From the NCBI RefSeq assembly GCF_055900595.2, contig NZ_CM148325.1: a DNA stretch of 64,000 nt; one strand, given 5' to 3'. The position numbers were made by a program, and so were the translations under genes. The notes beneath the pieces were generated by a model. The model worked only from the letters and a program-made list of their open reading frames with translations, had not been told where the DNA came from and made no database searches. Below, piece by piece: positions 1-9,340 of this stretch (within the stretch, counting starts at the first letter, position 1; each line of letters begins with the position of its first letter).

Positions 1-387
1 ACAGAATGTGGATGTGGTCGTCGGGGATGCGTTGAAGCGGTTTCATCTGGTCGGGCCATCATGGGGGCAGCAAAAAATAAACTTGCAGGATATAGCACCA
101 AATATATTTTTGAATTAGCGAGACAGGGATATAAGGAAGCAGAATTTTTGACAGAGCGTTCTGCCAGTACTATTGCTGAATTAATAGTAAGTTTAAAATT
201 ACTGCTTGATTGTCAGGTTGTTGTTGTCGGAGGAAGTGTTGGACTTGCTGATGGGTATGTTCAGAAAGTGTCGAAACATCTTTCCATATATTCTGAAATT
301 TGTAATGTAATGCTGTTTCCGGCATATTTCAGAAGTGACTCTGGTCTTATTGGTGCAACTCTTTGGGACCGGGATTGTATTACTTAA
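1..387 (+). CDS. ROK-family sugar kinase, NanK-like (N-acetylmannosamine kinase); 5' end cut by window edge
   Basis: Frame open from base 1 (TECGCGRRGC ROK Cys motif precedes the listed Met); VVVVGGSVGLADGY resembles NanK C-terminus; directly upstream of NanT-like transporter. Confidence 0.6.
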   Translation, partial: TECGCGRRGCVEAVSSGRAIMGAAKNKLAGYSTKYIFELARQGYKEAEFLTERSASTIAELIVSLKLLLDCQVVVVGGSVGLADGYVQKVSKHLSIYSEICNVMLFPAYFRSDSGLIGATLWDRDCIT

Positions 388-435
388 AGTAATACTCCAG
401 TGTATTATAAATCCGCTATTATTGTGAGGTTTAAT

Positions 436-1908
436 ATGGACTCCTGTATTCAGAAAAAGCAGGTTTGGTATAAGCATCTTTCACCCAGACAGTGGAAGAT
501 ATTCGGTGCGGCATGGACAGGTTATTTACTTGATGGTTTTGATTTCGTTCTGATATCTCTGGTTCTTACAGAGGTTCAGCATGAATTCGGCTTGACGACA
601 ATAGAAGCGGCAAGCCTTATTTCCGCTGCTTTTATTTCTCGATGGTTTGGGGGGCTTGCTATTGGCGCTTTATCGGACAAGATGGGGCGCAGGATGGCAA
701 TGGTTTTAAGTATAGTGCTATTCTCTCTCGGAACCCTTGCCTGTGGTCTGGCTCCTGGATATGCAGTGATGTTTATTGCTCGCATTGTTATTGGGCTTGG
801 TATGGCAGGTGAATATGGCTCAAGTGTAACATATGTTATCGAAAGCTGGCCTGTTCATCTCAGAAACAAGGCAAGTGGTTTTTTAATTTCTGGATTTTCT
901 ATTGGGGGAGGTTTAGCTGCACAGGTTTATAGCATTGTAGTACCACTATGGGGCTGGCGTTCTCTTTTCTTTGTCGGCATGCTTCCAATATTATTTGCTT
1001 TTTATCTTCGCAAGAATCTTCCGGAGTCTGATGACTGGCAAAAAAGGCAACAAGAGAATAAACCCGTCAGAACAATGGTGGATATTCTGTACAGAGAAAA
1101 GAATAAATACATAAATATTCTTCTGTCTTGTATTGCATTTGCATGTCTATATGTTTGTTTTTCAGGCGTCACTGCAAACGCTGCTTTAATCACAGTTATG
1201 GCATTGTGCTGTGCGGCTGTTTTTATCAGTTTTATATATCAGGGTATGGGGAAAAGATGGCCAACAGGCATTATGTTGATGCTTGTGGTTATGTTCTGTT
1301 TCCTCTACGGATGGCCACTGCAGGCTTTTCTTCCTACATGGCTTAAGGTTGATATGCAGTATTCACCAGAAACTGTTGCTCTCATATTTATGCTGGCAGG
1401 TTTTGGCTCTGCAGCTGGAAGTTGTATAGGTGGTTTTATGGGGGACTGGCTTGGAACCCGAAAAGCATATGTTATATCACTTCTTATCGGTCAGCTTGTT
1501 ATTATCCCCGTTTTTCTTGTGGACCGGGACTATGTATGGTTACTTGGCCTTCTAATCTTTACTCAGCAGGTTTTTGGTCAGGGGATTGGTGCTCTGGTGC
1601 CGAAAATAATCAGTGGTTATTTTAATGTGGAGCAGCGTGCGGCAGGACTGGGGTTTATTTATAATGTAGGTTCACTTGGTGGAGCATGTGCGCCTATTCT
1701 TGGTGCAGTTGTTGCGTCTCATACAAGTCTTGGTACAGCAATGTGTTCTCTTGCTTTTATCTTAACATTTGTTGTTCTTGTCCTTATTGGTTTTGATATG
1801 CCATCACGTGTACAGAGATGGATCCATCCAGAAGCTGCGCTTGAATATGATACTGTCGATGGAAAACCTTTTTATGGAGCAAGAAAAAAGAATGTTGCAG
1901 AAGAATAA
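436..1908 (+). CDS. MFS sialic acid transporter, NanT/NanX family
   Basis: About 490 aa, 12+ TM MFS protein; long collinear similarity to E. coli NanT as recalled ([49 protein letters not shown]); ATG at 436 with GAGG 6 nt upstream (track ORF begins at an alternative start at 400). Confidence 0.85.
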   Translation: MDSCIQKKQVWYKHLSPRQWKIFGAAWTGYLLDGFDFVLISLVLTEVQHEFGLTTIEAASLISAAFISRWFGGLAIGALSDKMGRRMAMVLSIVLFSLGTLACGLAPGYAVMFIARIVIGLGMAGEYGSSVTYVIESWPVHLRNKASGFLISGFSIGGGLAAQVYSIVVPLWGWRSLFFVGMLPILFAFYLRKNLPESDDWQKRQQENKPVRTMVDILYREKNKYINILLSCIAFACLYVCFSGVTANAALITVMALCCAAVFISFIYQGMGKRWPTGIMLMLVVMFCFLYGWPLQAFLPTWLKVDMQYSPETVALIFMLAGFGSAAGSCIGGFMGDWLGTRKAYVISLLIGQLVIIPVFLVDRDYVWLLGLLIFTQQVFGQGIGALVPKIISGYFNVEQRAAGLGFIYNVGSLGGACAPILGAVVASHTSLGTAMCSLAFILTFVVLVLIGFDMPSRVQRWIHPEAALEYDTVDGKPFYGARKKNVAEE

Positions 1909-1911
1909 CGG

Positions 1912-2742
1912 ATGCTATCAGGGAATAAAAAAATGATTCATTACAGGGAGAATATATATTCTCTTGATAATTATGAGCGTTACATAACTGACAGTTCGCT
2001 ATTTGAGAATACTGGCGATGGCATAATATATACAGGTATTGTGCCCCTTATTACAGTTGTTGAGCCTGTTGTATCTAATCAACATAGTGTGCTGATTATA
2101 CCTGGAGGTGGATACAGGAGGATTGTTTATGAAAGAGAGGGACTTGATGTTGGCAGATGGATAGCAGGTCAGGGATATACGGCATTTATTCTTTCTTACA
2201 GAATGCCCTCCGTTAATGGTTATTATTCCTTTGCAGATGCGAAGAATGCCCTGAACTTTATTTCTTACTGGGCCGGAATGTCGGAGAGAACATTTAAGAG
2301 TGTTGGATGTATGGGGTTTTCGGCAGGTGGTCATCTTGCTGGATATATTACTCATCTCCATTATGAGGAAGAGACTTCTGTGCGTCCTGACTGGATGGCT
2401 CTGATATATCCAGTTATATCTCTTGACAGGAGTATTGCTCATCAGGGATGCCGGAAACGTCTTCTGGATGCAGGTGAAAGTGAATATTCAGCCAGTCTTG
2501 AAAATAGTGTTACAGAGTATATGCCACCAGTCTTTATTGTGCATGCAACAGATGATAAGGATGTTCCAGTTATTCATTCTCTGAGATATTTTAACTCTAT
2601 TCGGGATAAGGGACATCATGCAGAAGCTCATTTTTTTGATAAGGGAGGTCATGGATTTGGTGTATCCGGAAAAAATGGATATCCGATAGAAAAATGGCAA
2701 AGCCTGCTTCTGGAATGGCTTGCGGAACATAAGTTTCATTGA
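1912..2742 (+). CDS. alpha/beta-hydrolase esterase (putative sialate/acetyl esterase), paralog 1
   Basis: PGGGY oxyanion-type motif and GFSAGGH nucleophile elbow; C-terminal HATDD..GGHGF; embedded in nan-like operon. Confidence 0.65.
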   Translation: MLSGNKKMIHYRENIYSLDNYERYITDSSLFENTGDGIIYTGIVPLITVVEPVVSNQHSVLIIPGGGYRRIVYEREGLDVGRWIAGQGYTAFILSYRMPSVNGYYSFADAKNALNFISYWAGMSERTFKSVGCMGFSAGGHLAGYITHLHYEEETSVRPDWMALIYPVISLDRSIAHQGCRKRLLDAGESEYSASLENSVTEYMPPVFIVHATDDKDVPVIHSLRYFNSIRDKGHHAEAHFFDKGGHGFGVSGKNGYPIEKWQSLLLEWLAEHKFH

Positions 2743-2787
2743 GAAATCAAATTACAAGTGATAAATATATTTAATGATGAGGCATTT

Positions 2788-3498
2788 ATGAAAAAATATT
2801 ATCCACTATTAACTGTAATTCTTCTTGGTTTACCTTTGTGCTCTCAGGCATTAACTCTTAATCTACGTGGGGGATACAGAAGCGCCAGTCACGCTTATGA
2901 AACGTTGATTCAGGTTAGTCAGGGGTGGAATAATGGTTGGTGGGCAAGTTTTGAGTCAAACACCTGGAATACAATTCACAACAATGAAAATGAATTGTTT
3001 GCACTCAATTATAATAAAATAGATATAAATAAAACATATAAAATAGATGACAAATGGGCTCTAATCCCAGGGATTCAGACACAATGGATGTCAGCAGGAA
3101 GTCAGTATAACCCTTATCTGAAAATTTCGTATCAGGCAACGCCAGATCTTAATCTGGCCTTACGCTATCGCTATGACTGGAAAGCTTTCCGACAGACGGA
3201 TTTAGATGGCAACAGGGCGCGTAATGATCAGCATCAGTTTGATGGTTATGTGACATACAAAATTAATGATTCATGGTTGTTTGCATGGCAGACCACGGTA
3301 TATACGAAGGTTAATAATTTCAAATATGGGAATCATAAAAAAACAGCAACTGAAAATGCATTTGTTCTGCAATATAAAATGTCACCGGTGTTCACCCCAT
3401 ATATAGAATATGATTACTTGGATAAACAAGGGGTGTATAAGGGGAAAGATAATAAACATGAAAATAGTTACCGTGTCGGTGTTCTGATTAATTTTTAA
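2788..3498 (+). CDS. nanC: NanC-like outer-membrane N-acetylneuraminic acid channel (KdgM porin family)
   Basis: About 236 aa, signal peptide MKKYYPLLTVILLGLPLCSQA, aromatic-rich beta-strand pattern, C-terminal ..YRVGVLINF; GAGG before ATG 2788. Confidence 0.75.
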   Translation: MKKYYPLLTVILLGLPLCSQALTLNLRGGYRSASHAYETLIQVSQGWNNGWWASFESNTWNTIHNNENELFALNYNKIDINKTYKIDDKWALIPGIQTQWMSAGSQYNPYLKISYQATPDLNLALRYRYDWKAFRQTDLDGNRARNDQHQFDGYVTYKINDSWLFAWQTTVYTKVNNFKYGNHKKTATENAFVLQYKMSPVFTPYIEYDYLDKQGVYKGKDNKHENSYRVGVLINF

Positions 3499-3501
3499 AA
3501 G

Positions 3502-4620
3502 GTGATTACAATGAAAGTGAAAAACTTTATATATCTTCCCTTCTGCTTGTTTATTGGAACGTCGGTAGCCGGAGCTTTACCGGAAATTCCTGAACCATTT
3601 AAATATGGTGTAGGAGGGATCGAGAATGGTAAAATATATATAGGACTAGGAAGTCTGGGAAATAACTGGTATATGATAGATACAAACCAGAGTGAAAAAA
3701 AATGGACTAAGATAGCGCAATGGCCGACAGTTCCCAGAGAGCAGGCAACAGCTACTATTATTGATGGTAAGATCTATGTATTTGGAGGAATTGGAAAAGA
3801 TAAAAGTGGAGTCATAACCTTACAAAAAGATGTCTATTCCTATGATATTGCTAAAGATAAATGGGAAAAATTGATGACCCGTCCTCCTGTATCTCTTGCC
3901 GGTCATGTTTCTTTTATCCATAATGGTCATGCGGTATCTACTGGTGGTGTAAATGAGAATATTTTTAATGGATACTTTTCAGATGTCGAGTTATCAAAAG
4001 GGAATTCCGCGCTGACAGAGAAAGTCAACAGGGATTATTTTAGTAAACCTGCTGATGATTATTTTTTAAATAATCATATAATTTCTTATGACCCGTCAAA
4101 AAACCAGTGGAAGAACCTGGGAACGACTCCATTTCCGGGAACTGCTGGTTCATCGGTGATTTTTGCAGAACAGCAAATTTATATACTGGGAGGGGAGAGA
4201 AAACCGGGGCTTCGTTCTGTTAGATCCTGGACGGGGGAGCTTTCGCATGATCGAATTAAATGGTCTGAACTTCCACCAGTAGCTTCACCCGAGGGGGTGT
4301 CAGGAGCATATGCCTCTGTTATTGATGGAAATATCTTTCTGGCCGGTGGTGCATATTTCCCGGGGGCGGCAGAAAAGTATAGCAATGGTGAATACTGGTC
4401 TCATAAAGGACTGGATAAAGCCTATTCAAAAGAGATATATCAGCTAATAAAAAATGACTGGAAAAAAGTTGGTTCTTTGCCGGAAGGACTTGCTTATGGT
4501 GTAAGCCTGCCCTGGCAGGGGGGGATGCTCATTCTGGGGGGGGAGAAAAAAGATGGTAAAGCTGTTTCAGATGTTATTTATCTGAAAAAAAATGACAAAC
4601 AAATAAAGATTGTTAAATAA
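3502..4620 (+). CDS. nanM: N-acetylneuraminate mutarotase/epimerase NanM (Kelch-repeat, YjhT family)
   Basis: Signal peptide plus repeated Kelch motifs (IYIGLG, IYVFGG, GHVSFIHNG, IYILGG, LILGGE); strong collinearity with E. coli NanM as recalled; start may be M at 3511. Confidence 0.85.
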   Translation: MITMKVKNFIYLPFCLFIGTSVAGALPEIPEPFKYGVGGIENGKIYIGLGSLGNNWYMIDTNQSEKKWTKIAQWPTVPREQATATIIDGKIYVFGGIGKDKSGVITLQKDVYSYDIAKDKWEKLMTRPPVSLAGHVSFIHNGHAVSTGGVNENIFNGYFSDVELSKGNSALTEKVNRDYFSKPADDYFLNNHIISYDPSKNQWKNLGTTPFPGTAGSSVIFAEQQIYILGGERKPGLRSVRSWTGELSHDRIKWSELPPVASPEGVSGAYASVIDGNIFLAGGAYFPGAAEKYSNGEYWSHKGLDKAYSKEIYQLIKNDWKKVGSLPEGLAYGVSLPWQGGMLILGGEKKDGKAVSDVIYLKKNDKQIKIVK

Positions 4621-4630
4621 CTGTAATGCA

Positions 4631-4665
4631 GGTGACTGTATTAGTTGTTCAGTCACCTGAGTTAT
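4631..4665 (+). terminator. stem-loop between nanM and downstream esterase gene
   Basis: Inverted repeat AGGTGACTG..CAGTCACCT followed by T-rich tract immediately after nanM stop. Confidence 0.4.
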
Positions 4666-4669
4666 TTTA

Positions 4670-5605
4670 ATGGGGTTTATAATGAATAAAGATAGATCTT
4701 TAAATGAAATGATGTTAAGCTTGTTTAATAAATCAACTATTGTTGACTTGTCAAGTGAGACAATATCTGAGAGTAAATCTCTTTCAGGCCGTATTTATCA
4801 GGATCCTGAACATAACGGGGAATTTGAACTTGATCGTGTATTGACAGATATTTATGCTCCTCAGTTAATTATTTTTTTACCAGATAAACCAAATGGAACA
4901 GGAATATTGATTATTCCCGGGGGGGGCTACCAGGCTGTTATGTTAGATAAGGAAGGTACAGCTCTTGCTCCAGAGTTTTTATCTCAGGGCTATACATTAT
5001 TTGTTCTTAGTTACAGATTACCATCGCCAGTTGAGGGAGAAAATATAAACAAAACTTTTATTGATGCAATATCTGCAATGCTTTATATTCGTAAGAATGC
5101 TGATAAATGGCATCTACAGCGTCATCGTATTGGTGTATTAGGATTTTCTGCTGGGGGGCATATCGCCTCAACGTTTGTGAATCAGATTTGTGATTTCAAA
5201 CGTTCTTCTGACAGTAAAGAACAAGAGATTTTCGCTATTCCCGATTTTGTCGGGTTAATTTATCCTGTAATATCAATGAAAGATGATGTGACACATCCAG
5301 GCTCCAGGAAGCAATTACTGGGGGACAATAGTACCTCAGAAAATATAATACAATATAGTGCGGATCTTAATGTCACATCATGTTTTCCTCCTGTGTTTTT
5401 ACTCCATTGTTGTGATGATGATCTTGTGTCAATTGAAAACAGTCTGCTCATGTACCGTGGCCTAATAGAGAAAGGCGTTTCTGCTGAAATGCATCTCTAT
5501 GAGAAAGGAGGGCATGGTTTTAGTATTCAGTGGGCCACAGATCTTTCTGTTGGAGGATGGATAAAACTGTTTATGGACTGGATGTATTCTCATGGATTTA
5601 AATAA
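4670..5605 (+). CDS. alpha/beta-hydrolase esterase, paralog 2
   Basis: Same motif architecture as 1912-2742 product (IIPGGGYQAV, GFSAGGH, EKGGHGF), diverged sequence. Confidence 0.65.
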   Translation: MGFIMNKDRSLNEMMLSLFNKSTIVDLSSETISESKSLSGRIYQDPEHNGEFELDRVLTDIYAPQLIIFLPDKPNGTGILIIPGGGYQAVMLDKEGTALAPEFLSQGYTLFVLSYRLPSPVEGENINKTFIDAISAMLYIRKNADKWHLQRHRIGVLGFSAGGHIASTFVNQICDFKRSSDSKEQEIFAIPDFVGLIYPVISMKDDVTHPGSRKQLLGDNSTSENIIQYSADLNVTSCFPPVFLLHCCDDDLVSIENSLLMYRGLIEKGVSAEMHLYEKGGHGFSIQWATDLSVGGWIKLFMDWMYSHGFK

Positions 5606-5640
5606 TATTTATGGTGACTACCTGGTGAAGCGTCGAGTAA

Positions 5641-6375
5641 CTATGATGCTTCAATTCGTTTATAAAGGTGATTATACATTAGCTGTTCAGCTTTATCACA
5701 ATCATGCTCTTTTATGGCCGTAAGTATTTCAATATGCTGCTGATGGGTTTTTTTGTTATTTTCATATGTCATTTTATTCTTTTCCAGAGGTTTGGCCATT
5801 ATCAGCCATTCAGAAAATGCTGAGTGTATTGTTTTTAATACTTTATTGTCAGGTATATCAGCAAGTATACTATGAAATTCAATATCATATTGAGCATACA
5901 CTTCGGGGGTTCTCAGTGAGTTATGATGGATACTGAGCACCTTCTCAAGCCTGTGAATATCCTCAGGCGTTGCATTTTTTGCTGCATATCTTACAAGGTT
6001 GGTTTCAAAAAAGATGCGTAGTCTTTCAAAATCCTTGATGCCATCAGCTGTAGATAAAAAATCTTTAACAATGCCTGATAACCCATTAATGATGGTTTCT
6101 GGTGATGGACGGCAGACACTGGCTTTTTCTCCCTTGTTATACCGGATTAGCCCTTTATGTCTGAGAGATGATAAAGCCTCTCTGACAGATGGTCTTCCAA
6201 CGCCAAAGAATGCCATAAGTTCACGTTCAGAAGGCAGGTATTCACCTTCCCTTATCTCCTCCTGGCGGATCATTCTTTCAAGCTCTTCGGCAACGATTTC
6301 TGAAAGTTTTTTTGTAACAATGGGCTTTCTGGTCGTTGTTAGCCCGGGTAACACGGTTTTTTTGTTGTCGGACAT
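5641..6375 (-). CDS. GntR/FadR-family transcriptional regulator, NanR-like
   Basis: N-terminal winged HTH (SERELMAFFGVGRPSVREALSSLRHKGLI) and FadR-type C-terminal domain; divergent from nanS. Confidence 0.75.
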   Translation of the reverse strand: MSDNKKTVLPGLTTTRKPIVTKKLSEIVAEELERMIRQEEIREGEYLPSERELMAFFGVGRPSVREALSSLRHKGLIRYNKGEKASVCRPSPETIINGLSGIVKDFLSTADGIKDFERLRIFFETNLVRYAAKNATPEDIHRLEKVLSIHHNSLRTPEVYAQYDIEFHSILADIPDNKVLKTIHSAFSEWLIMAKPLEKNKMTYENNKKTHQQHIEILTAIKEHDCDKAEQLMYNHLYKRIEAS

Positions 6376-6471
6376 ATATTGATTTATATGGATTAGAGCA
6401 AATGAGTTTTTAATTTAACACTTTCTTTTAATAATGAAAATATTTAATTAAATCTATTATGTAAAGGGGGA

Positions 6472-7461
6472 ATGATGTATCATCATGATTTTAATGAAAA
6501 AATAGGTTTCTGGTATGTGATAGCCCTCGCAGGACAGTCTAATGGTATGGCCTACGGTGAAGGTATTCCCCTGCCAGATACACTCGACAAACCCGAGTCC
6601 CGTGTAAAACAACTGGCTCGTCGAAAAACAATCACACCAGGAGGAAAAGAGTGTAAATTCAATGAGATTATTCCGGCAGATCACTGCCTGCATGATGTTC
6701 AGGATATGAGTGGATATCACCATCCGGCTGCTGATTTGCATAAAGGGGAATATGGTTGTGTCGGACAGGGATTGCATATAGCTAAAAAGTTACTGCCATA
6801 CATACCTGAGCAAGCAGGGATATTACTGGTTCCTTGTTGCAGAGGAGGTGCCGCCTTTACTGTTGGAGCTGAAGGTATGTATGTACCTGATACAGGGGCA
6901 ACAGCTGATGCAATGCGGTGGGGCACCGGAACAGCACTCTATGAGGACTTAGTAGCCCGGGTTAAGGTAGCTCTGGAATATAACAGAAAGAATAAACTGC
7001 TATCTGTCTGCTGGATGCAGGGGGAGTTTGATCTTATGTCACCAGATTATGAAAAGCATCCTGACTTGTTTTATCAGATGGTAACTTCTTTCAGGTCTGA
7101 GTTATCTGAATACTCATCTCAGTGTGTTGGTAATTCGTCAGAAAGAGTTCCATGGTTGTGTGGTGATACAACCTGGTACTGGAAGGAATCTTATCAAAAA
7201 GAATATGATTTTATATATGGACATTACAGACAACGGACTGATGATGAAATACATTTTCTCAGCTTTCAGGATAGTAACCGACATGAATTAACTAATGAGC
7301 CAGAAGAAGATGCCGATGATTTATCTGTCGGGTATCTGGGGTCATCATGGAGGACAGAATTAAGCTGGACAACGTCACAGAGAAGTACACATTTTAATTC
7401 AATGGCCAGAAGGGGAGTTATTGCTGAATGTTATGCGCAAAAAATAAGAAATTATTTGTAG
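6472..7461 (+). CDS. nanS: 9-O-acetyl-N-acetylneuraminate esterase NanS (SGNH/DUF303 family)
   Basis: ALAGQSNGMAYGEG catalytic Ser block near N-terminus; size about 329 aa as for YjhS/NanS. Confidence 0.8.
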   Translation: MMYHHDFNEKIGFWYVIALAGQSNGMAYGEGIPLPDTLDKPESRVKQLARRKTITPGGKECKFNEIIPADHCLHDVQDMSGYHHPAADLHKGEYGCVGQGLHIAKKLLPYIPEQAGILLVPCCRGGAAFTVGAEGMYVPDTGATADAMRWGTGTALYEDLVARVKVALEYNRKNKLLSVCWMQGEFDLMSPDYEKHPDLFYQMVTSFRSELSEYSSQCVGNSSERVPWLCGDTTWYWKESYQKEYDFIYGHYRQRTDDEIHFLSFQDSNRHELTNEPEEDADDLSVGYLGSSWRTELSWTTSQRSTHFNSMARRGVIAECYAQKIRNYL

Positions 7462-7612
7462 ACAAGTTCAGGATATATCTACAGCTCTGACATGATTCTC
7501 TGAGAGACATGACGGAGTGGTTAGACTGGCCCCCTGAATCTCCAGACAACCAATATCACTTAAATAAGTGATAGTCTTAATACTAGTTTTTAGACTAGTC
7601 ATTGGAGAACAG

Positions 7613-7978
7613 ATGATTGATGTCTTAGGGCCGGAGAAACGCAGACGGCGTACTACACAGGAAAAGATCGCTATCGTTCAGCAGAGCTTTGAACCGGGAA
7701 TGACGGTCTCCCTTGTTGCCCGGCAACATGGTGTGGCAGCCAGCCAGTTATTTCTCTGGCGTAAGCAATACCAGGAGGGAAGTCTTACTGCTGTGGCTGC
7801 CGGAGAACAGGTCGTTCCTGCCTCTGAACTTGCTGCCGCCATGAAGCAGATTAAAGAACTCCAGCGTCTGCTCGGCAAAAAAACGATGGAAAATGAACTC
7901 CTTAAAGAAGCCGTTGAATATGGGCGAGCAAAAAAGTGGATAGCGCACGCGCCCTTATTGCCCGGGGATGGGGAGTAA
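7613..7978 (+). CDS. insC: IS2 transposase OrfA
   Basis: [29 protein letters not shown].. matches IS2 InsC as recalled. Confidence 0.9.
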
Positions 7979-8841
7979 GCTTCGTCAGCCGTTGTCTCCG
8001 GGTGTCGCGTGCGCAGTTGCACGTCATTCTCAGACGAGCCGATGACTGGAAGGACGGCCGCCGCAGCCGTCACACGGATGATACGGATGTGCTTCGCCGT
8101 ATACACCATGTTATCGGAGAGCTACCCACATATGGTTATCGTCGGGTATGGGCGCTGCTTCGCAGACAAACAGAACTTGATGGTATGCCTGCGATCAATG
8201 CCAAACGTGTTTACCGGACCATGCGCCAGAATGCGCTGTTGCTTGAGCGAAAACCCGCTGTACCGCCATCGAAACGGGCACATACCGGCAGAGTGGCTGT
8301 GAAAGAAAGTAATCAGCGATGGTGCTCTGACGGGTTTGAGTTCCGCTGTGATAACGGAGAAAAACTGCGGGTCACGTTCGCGCTGGACTGCTGTGACCGT
8401 GAGGCACTGCACTGGGCGGTCACAACGGGTGGCTTCGACAGTGAAACAGTACAGGACGTCATGCTGGGAGCAGTGGAACGCCGCTTTGGCAGCGAGCTTC
8501 CGGCGTCTCCAGTGGAGTGGCTGACGGATAATGGTTCATGCTACCGGGCGAATGAAACACGTCAGTTCGCCAGGATGTTGGGACTTGAACCGAAGAACAC
8601 GGCAGTGCGGAGTCCGGAGAGTAACGGAATAGCAGAGAGCTTCGTGAAAACGATAAAGCGTGACTACATAAGTATCATGCCCAAACCAGACGGGTTAACG
8701 GCAGCAAAGAACCTTGCAGAGGCGTTCGAGCATTATAACGAATGGCATCCGCATAGTGCGCTGGGTTATCGCTCGCCACGGGAATATCTGCGGCAGTGGG
8801 CCAGTGATGGGTTAAGTGATAACAGGTGTCTGGAAATATAG
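7936..8841 (+). CDS. insD: IS2 transposase OrfB
   Basis: 301 aa, DDE integrase fold; matches IS2 InsD as recalled. Confidence 0.9.
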
Positions 8842-9267
8842 GGGCAAATCCATTGTCAGCACCAACAATGTGGGCTGACATGATAAAGCTGTCTAGGAAA
8901 TCGTTCGCCTCCTCAGCGGACAATCCAAATGGTGATTGTCTCTGTTAAACGTTTATTTTGAAGGTCGACTGAATAAGGTGATGACGCTGTAGAATTTTTC
9001 ACGTGCCACAGAATTTTGAACGCTTTCTCTTACAATATTTCAATGTTTCTATCAGTATTCGCCGGAAGAAGTCATCGACCAAATCATCCCAGTCGTCTCG
9101 CACCACTGACCATTCATGGTTGACATGTGGTGGAAATCCGCTTCTACAGTAACCATTTTTTATTCGCAAAACCGAACACGCCATACGGATAGCTGTTAAC
9201 TGGCATGCCGAGGCAGTCGTTATTTATATTTAGTTTTGTCAATAATCTTTATTTTTTGTAAAAGGCA

Positions 9268-9290
9268 AATATAAATTATTCTCATTATTG
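9268..9290 (+). promoter_or_regulatory. putative Fur box upstream of iha
   Basis: ATAAATTATTCTCATTATTG resembles Fur consensus GATAATGATAATCATTATC, about 60 bp upstream of iha ATG. Confidence 0.45.
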
Positions 9291-9340
9291 TTTGTATTTA
9301 TGTATTGTCTTGCCGGTTAACATGATCGGAGATTAGTAAT

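Larger units (their letters stand above)
7522..8852 (+). mobile_element. IS2 copy 1 (1331 bp)
   Basis: Ends TAGACTGGCCCCCTGAATCTCC .. GGGGCAAATCCA; intact insC and insD. Confidence 0.95.

Noticed and set aside
8009-8412. ORFs antisense to or nested within IS2 insD (and their mirror images at 37333-37736)
   Set aside because: Shadow ORFs inside a well-defined transposase gene, reappearing identically in the second IS2 copy
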